Part shown: positions 59,408 to 64,000 of the stretch, in pieces | Numbering within the stretch: the first letter of the stretch is position 1 | Layout of the letters: each line of letters starts with the position of its first letter | Assembly (NCBI GenBank): GCA_030583725.1 | Contig: CP129472.1 | Coordinates: forward strand, 671,040 to 735,039 | Source of the DNA: a bacterium | GTDB taxonomy: Bacteria > Patescibacteriota > Microgenomatia > UBA8517 | Length of the DNA stretch: 64,000 nucleotides | Direction: 5' to 3' | Notes under the pieces: generated by a model | What the model saw: the letters and a program-made list of their open reading frames with translations, nothing else | Told to the model about the DNA's origin: nothing | Database searches by the model: none | Translations under genes and position numbers: made by a program

Positions 59408-59878
59408 ATGATGCAAAGAACTGTAGTTTTAATTAAACCAGATGGACTTCAAAGAGGTCTGGTTGGTGAAATAATGCATAGGTTTGAAAGAAAGGGTTTA
59501 AAACTAATTGGTGTCAAAATGATAAGGCTTACAGATGAAATACTTGAAAACTGGTATATTCACCACAAAGATAAAGCATTTTTTAAGGATTTGAAAAGTT
59601 TTATGGAGTGGACCCCGGTTGTTGCCATGGTCTGGGAAGGTCTTGATGCCATTGCTGCGGTTCGTAAGATTGTGGGAATTACTAAAGCAAGAGAGGCAGA
59701 AGCAGGGTCAATTAGAGGCGACTTTGGTATGAGTGGATCACAAAACATTATTCATGCCTCAGATTCAGAAGAATCAGCACAAAAAGAAATGGGACTTATT
59801 TTTAATGGTGATGAAATTTTTGAATATCAAAGTGCCACAGAATGTTTAATTTATGGCGCGGATGAAATGAGTAAGTAA
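59408..59878 (+). CDS. ndk: nucleoside diphosphate kinase
   Basis: TVVLIKPDG...GEIMHRFERKG. Active-site NIIHASDS. 156 aa (longer C-terminus than typical). Confidence 0.85.
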   Translation: MMQRTVVLIKPDGLQRGLVGEIMHRFERKGLKLIGVKMIRLTDEILENWYIHHKDKAFFKDLKSFMEWTPVVAMVWEGLDAIAAVRKIVGITKAREAEAGSIRGDFGMSGSQNIIHASDSEESAQKEMGLIFNGDEIFEYQSATECLIYGADEMSK

Positions 59879-59921
59879 CTTCATTTGACAACATGCCTTT
59901 GTTCTGTTATCCTGTACATAA

Positions 59922-60419
59922 TTGTACAAGATGGACAAACTAAATATATTACTTAAGTCCAAAGAAAAGCTATTTCATACACAAGATCTGGCCCTCTTGT
60001 GGGGAATTGAAAACAGAAACACTCTCTACACAACCATAAAAAGATATGTCAAAAAAGGAATATTAATCCCAGTTGTTAAAGGGCTTTATTCAACTGTTCC
60101 AATTAACGAGATCGACAAGTTTGAACTAGGTACAAGTTTAATTCATAAATATTGCTACGTCTCCTGTGAGACGGTATTGTTTTTAGAAGGTGTCATAAAT
60201 CAAGTTGTTTATCCCATTACCTATGTTTCATCCATTTCTTCTAAAATAGAAATAAACGGAGTAATGTATATTTATAGACAAGCAAAGCCTGAAATATTGT
60301 TTGATCTAAACGGGATAGAACAAAAAGATGGATATTTTATGGCAACAAAAGAAAGGGCAACATCAGACATGAATTATTTTAACCCAAAATATTATATGGA
60401 TAATTTAGAAAAAGAATAA
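59922..60419 (+). CDS. abiEi: AbiEi-like antitoxin/transcriptional regulator (type IV TA, abortive infection)
   Basis: LFHTQDLALLWGIENRNTLYTTIKRYVKKGILIPVVKGLYS fits the AbiEi N-terminal domain pattern (...RLVKKGxLxRVxRGLY). Precedes the AbiEii-like gene. Confidence 0.55.
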   Translation: MYKMDKLNILLKSKEKLFHTQDLALLWGIENRNTLYTTIKRYVKKGILIPVVKGLYSTVPINEIDKFELGTSLIHKYCYVSCETVLFLEGVINQVVYPITYVSSISSKIEINGVMYIYRQAKPEILFDLNGIEQKDGYFMATKERATSDMNYFNPKYYMDNLEKE

Positions 60420-60425
60420 TTAAAT

Positions 60426-61160
60426 ATGGTCGATTTAAAAATACAAAATGCTATTCATAGGAATAAAATGCAAAAACTTTTGATTGCAATTGCAGATAAT
60501 CCATTTCTCTCAAAGAGAATTTATTTTAGAGGAGGAACATGCGCTGCGATGCTTGGATATTTAGATAGATTTTCTGTTGATTTAGATTTTGATCCTTATA
60601 AGTCAATTGCCACATCTGATATGTTGAATTTTCGAAAGGAACTGTTGCCAATTTTTGATAAATTGGATTTTAAAATTGACAGAGAAAATTACGAATCACT
60701 GTTTTTTACTCTAAAATACAAGGCAAAAGTTAATTTTAGGAATACTCTGATGCTTAGCGTATTTAATGAAGTTATAAAAAATAATGACTATCAAAAGGTT
60801 AAAATTACAGAAATTGATAGATTTATGACTTGTCAGACAGTTGAATCAATGTTTGCAAATAAACTCGTTAGTGTAATGGATAGATACAATAGGCATAAAA
60901 AAATTGCAGGTAGGGATATTTATGATGTTAAATATTTTTTTGAACAAGGGTATGAGTTTAAGAATGAGATAATTAAGGAAAGAACAGGGATGGAAACAAA
61001 AGATTATATTAAAAAATTAATTGTGTTTATTGAAAAAGAAGTAACAGAAGATTTGATAAATAGGGATTTAAATATGCTTTTGGCACCCGATACATTTAGT
61101 AAAATTAGAAAAACATTAAAACAAGATACATTACTTTTTTTAAAGAATTTAATAAATTAA
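60426..61160 (+). CDS. abiEii: AbiEii/AbiGii-family nucleotidyltransferase toxin (DUF1814)
   Basis: IYFRGGTCAAMLGYLDRFSVDLDFD matches the family signature (GGTAL...RFSEDIDF). Confidence 0.65.
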   Translation: MVDLKIQNAIHRNKMQKLLIAIADNPFLSKRIYFRGGTCAAMLGYLDRFSVDLDFDPYKSIATSDMLNFRKELLPIFDKLDFKIDRENYESLFFTLKYKAKVNFRNTLMLSVFNEVIKNNDYQKVKITEIDRFMTCQTVESMFANKLVSVMDRYNRHKKIAGRDIYDVKYFFEQGYEFKNEIIKERTGMETKDYIKKLIVFIEKEVTEDLINRDLNMLLAPDTFSKIRKTLKQDTLLFLKNLIN

Positions 61161-61206
61161 GTTACTACAATTTGAGTTTTTAAACTCTTGGTATTAGACT
61201 ACGACC

Positions 61207-61692
61207 ATGATAGATAGAAAATGGCTGTATGGAGGTGGAATCGCAACAGTGATAAGTGGAGCATTTCTTGGTATTCGAAGCATTGTGTCAAACAATGATG
61301 GGGCAGAAGAGGCAAAAAGAACTTTACAACCAACACCGACATTGAGCTCTGAACATGAGCAGGGTAATTTCGGGGCTGAAACACAAGTAAACACAGCTGG
61401 TTATAAAAAATACACACTTATTCCAGGAAAAACTGTTTTATATGAATCCGTGCCAGATCCTGAAGGAAATGGAAGAGATTGTGTTAAGGTTGGCAGTTAC
61501 TCGACTGGTAATACCTTATTTGGAGCTACGGTAGTGGTTGGACATGATAGCAGTTTATATATTGATGTGCCAAGTGGAACAATACATGCATCGGATGGCA
61601 CTGTAATTGGTTATTTTGAACGATCTAAGATAGTAGGGTGGGAAGATGCACCGGGAGCTGATCCTGACAGTATAGTTTGTGCAAACAACTAA
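61207..61692 (+). CDS. hypothetical exported/membrane-anchored protein (161 aa)
   Basis: N-terminal TM YGGGIATVISGAFLGI. No family recognised. Confidence 0.4.
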   Translation: MIDRKWLYGGGIATVISGAFLGIRSIVSNNDGAEEAKRTLQPTPTLSSEHEQGNFGAETQVNTAGYKKYTLIPGKTVLYESVPDPEGNGRDCVKVGSYSTGNTLFGATVVVGHDSSLYIDVPSGTIHASDGTVIGYFERSKIVGWEDAPGADPDSIVCANN

Positions 61693-61843
61693 ATTTATTA
61701 CCAATTATAATTTTAATTTTTACTCTAGTATCTACTTTTTAAGGTCCATCTTTACACTTTCGGTGTTTTTCGCATCTAGGTGAGGTCAGAACACACTAAA
61801 ACCCCATTGCTACTGTATTTTTAATCTGTTACCTTAAAATATA

Positions 61844-64000
61844 GTGTCAAAATATAGAAAGCATTTAGTATTCAGTTTTATTGTTTTTATCCTCGTCTCT
61901 CTCTGGCTGTTGGTTTCTTTAAGGCACGAAAAACTTGTTTACAATTTTTCAGGTAATGGATACACAGTACATTTTGGTGACAATCCTACAAAGTCAGGTA
62001 GTATAGTCTTTAGAAATGAACTAGCTGAGCTTTCTTTCTATACTCCCAAAAAACAATCCTTTGGAGTTCTAAACAGCCCTAAGGCAGAATTAGGAAATAA
62101 TACACTAGTTTATAAAGATATATATTCTGATATAGACTTAAAGTATTCAATTACTCCATCAAGACTTTTGGAAGAATTTATTGTATACAACCTAGATACT
62201 GCATCAAAAATAGAAAAAATAGATCAAGAAGTAAAGACATTAGGTATAGATAGCTATCGAGAAAACGGAGGTGGAATATATTTTTATCAGGATCAAAAAT
62301 TAGCCTTCTCTCTTCCTGCTCCTGTAATGTATGAATTAAACAACAAAGATGAAAAGTCTTTTGGAATTGTCTATGAAATAAGTCAAAAAGATGATGATAG
62401 TTATTTAATAGTTAAAAAACTAACTAAAGAAGGTCAAGATTGGATAAACGATAGTCAAAGGAATTACCCAATTGCAATAGATATTGTCATTGATAATGGT
62501 GACATTGCTTTGGGATGGGAAAGTTCTGATGCCACCTATACAACTGTTACCCAAGAAACTAGTGTCGTATATGAAGGATCTGGATCAGTTAAAATACAAA
62601 CAACGGCAGAAGCTGGAACAAGTGTTGAGTTGATGGAGTATTCATCAGACGAAATAGCTCAATCAGCGTATGGTTCAAATTATATAACTTCAAATGCTAC
62701 CGGTGGAACAATCACTAGTTCTGGTGGGTATACTATCCATAAATTTACAACAAGTGGTACGTTTGTGTTGGCCAGAGTTGCAGATGTAGACTATTTGGTT
62801 GTGGGTGGAGGAGGCGGTGGTGTCTCTGGCACCTGGGGCTATCCACATGGTGGTGGCGGTGGTGGCGGTCAGGCTTTACAAAATTCTTCAACATTAAATG
62901 CTAATTCATATGCAATTAGTGTGGGCAATGGCGGAGCTATTGCTTCATCTGGTTCCGTAAGTTCAATAGCTGGGGTTACGAGTGCGGTTGGGGGCGGGGG
63001 CGGTAACCTCTATAGCGGTGGAACTTCGGGTAATGGATATGCCGGTGGTACAGGTGATGCGAATGTTTCTGGTGGTGGGGGTGGTGCAAGTGCCAATGGT
63101 TCTAGGGGTGGAGGGACCGGTGGTACCGGTGGAGCTGGTATTACAAGTTCTATTAGTGGCTCTAGTGTTCAATACGCTGGCGGTGGAGGTGGTTCTGGCG
63201 GTGGTGGCACCGGATCTAGGGGGATTGGGGTGTATGGTGGTGGTAATGGTGGTGAAAGTAGCGGACCAGGTTATGCTGGAGCTGGAAACACCGGCGGTGG
63301 TGGAGGTGGTGGACATTGGAATTCGGGAGGAACAGGGGGTTCTGGAATTGTTATCGTTAGGTATTTAACACCTCCATATTTACAATCATATTCAGAATCT
63401 ACAATTAAAACAGAAGGTAGTTACTCATTAAAAGGTGTTGCTAACCAGACAACTAGTTTAAATAAGACAATCACTAAAACATTTGAAACTCCACTTGATA
63501 TGTCAACTAGTCCATCAATGAGTTTTGATATTCGTGCCAGTAGAACAGGGAGCAACATTAAGATTGGTCTTAGGGATACGGGCGGTACTACTACAGAAGT
63601 TACACCTAACATTACCAGTGCTAATGAGTTCCAAACGGTTACTATGGATCTTTCAGGTGTAAGTTCGTCTGACAAAGATTCGATTGATCAACTTGTTATT
63701 ACTGTTGTCAATGCAGATAGTGAAAATACTTTCTATGTAGACAACTTCCAAGCTGGATATGGCTCAAAAGATGACACTGTAACTTTGACAAAAACTGCCA
63801 CAGATTTGTCAGGGTACAATGCAATTATATTTTGGGTAAGATCAAATATTGCTGGTAGTTTTGCCAGATTTCAATTTGGCGAGAGTGCAAGCAATGAGCA
63901 GTCTTTTGATTTTACTATAAACAATGTAGACACTTGGGAACAAAAGGTTTGGAATATATCAGGAATTAACGCTAGTAGTCGTGATGAGGTAACAAAAATT
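61844..64000 (+). CDS. partial (runs off window end) Gly-rich surface protein with N-terminal signal anchor; not in the ORF track because it has no stop in the window
   Basis: Manual translation from the GTG at 61844: KYRKH + LVFSFIVFILVSLWLLVSL anchor. Continuous ORF to position 64000 containing long GGxGGxG tracts (62800-63340) similar to the Gly-rich region of the giant protein. Start codon uncertain. Confidence 0.5.
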   Translation, partial: MSKYRKHLVFSFIVFILVSLWLLVSLRHEKLVYNFSGNGYTVHFGDNPTKSGSIVFRNELAELSFYTPKKQSFGVLNSPKAELGNNTLVYKDIYSDIDLKYSITPSRLLEEFIVYNLDTASKIEKIDQEVKTLGIDSYRENGGGIYFYQDQKLAFSLPAPVMYELNNKDEKSFGIVYEISQKDDDSYLIVKKLTKEGQDWINDSQRNYPIAIDIVIDNGDIALGWESSDATYTTVTQETSVVYEGSGSVKIQTTAEAGTSVELMEYSSDEIAQSAYGSNYITSNATGGTITSSGGYTIHKFTTSGTFVLARVADVDYLVVGGGGGGVSGTWGYPHGGGGGGGQALQNSSTLNANSYAISVGNGGAIASSGSVSSIAGVTSAVGGGGGNLYSGGTSGNGYAGGTGDANVSGGGGGASANGSRGGGTGGTGGAGITSSISGSSVQYAGGGGGSGGGGTGSRGIGVYGGGNGGESSGPGYAGAGNTGGGGGGGHWNSGGTGGSGIVIVRYLTPPYLQSYSESTIKTEGSYSLKGVANQTTSLNKTITKTFETPLDMSTSPSMSFDIRASRTGSNIKIGLRDTGGTTTEVTPNITSANEFQTVTMDLSGVSSSDKDSIDQLVITVVNADSENTFYVDNFQAGYGSKDDTVTLTKTATDLSGYNAIIFWVRSNIAGSFARFQFGESASNEQSFDFTINNVDTWEQKVWNISGINASSRDEVTKI

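Noticed and set aside
62963-63368. ORFs 62963..63316 (-) and 62982..63368 (+)
   Set aside because: Both are off-frame or antisense within the Gly-rich region of the partial + strand gene 61844..>64000 (GGN codon runs generate spurious ORFs in all frames).

Overview
This 64 kb window looks like a low-GC (~35%) bacterial contig with features often seen in Candidate Phyla Radiation/Patescibacteria-like genomes, though I cannot confirm taxonomy from sequence alone.

The dominant structure is an rRNA locus whose genes are heavily interrupted. The 16S (~860-5250) carries three intron-like insertions and the 23S (~9839-14665) carries three more. Five of the six encode LAGLIDADG homing endonucleases. 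Five carry the group-I 'S element' AAGATATAGTCC; the 16S intron at ~4144-5126, whose own LAGLIDADG ORF is at 4643..5077, lacks it. The 16S is separated from tRNA-Ile, tRNA-Ala, 23S and 5S by ~4.4 kb. That gap contains a minus-strand VirB4/TraG-superfamily ATPase operon and a VapBC-like toxin-antitoxin pair, with separate promoters and terminators.

Housekeeping genes follow: rpsA, radA, rho, leuS, argS, ndk, an M16 peptidase, a LysM/M23 peptidase, and comEA plus a split comEC. The rest is an accessory, cell-envelope-heavy region:
- an LPXTG surface protein with an adjacent sortase;
- a GC-rich (~50%) probably horizontally acquired secreted-protein gene with 54-bp tandem repeats;
- a 1229-aa secreted protein with a C-terminal M15 (VanY-like) peptidase domain that may be frameshift-fused to an upstream membrane-anchored Cys-rich protein;
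- an operon of paired DUF916-like and divergent WxL-like surface proteins;
- an AbiEi/AbiEii pair;
- a 2368-aa giant surface protein (LamG-like domain, Gly-rich region, N-terminal integrase-SAM-like segment).

The most unusual finding is that the last ~215 bp of the giant gene are repeated nearly perfectly 2.3 kb downstream. The two copies flank a two-gene cassette (DUF4143 AAA ATPase plus an unknown protein) and leave an orphan 76-aa C-terminal fragment next to a second DUF4143 ATPase.

A Gly-rich surface-protein gene runs off the 3' end of the window and is absent from the ORF track. No CRISPR array was seen.
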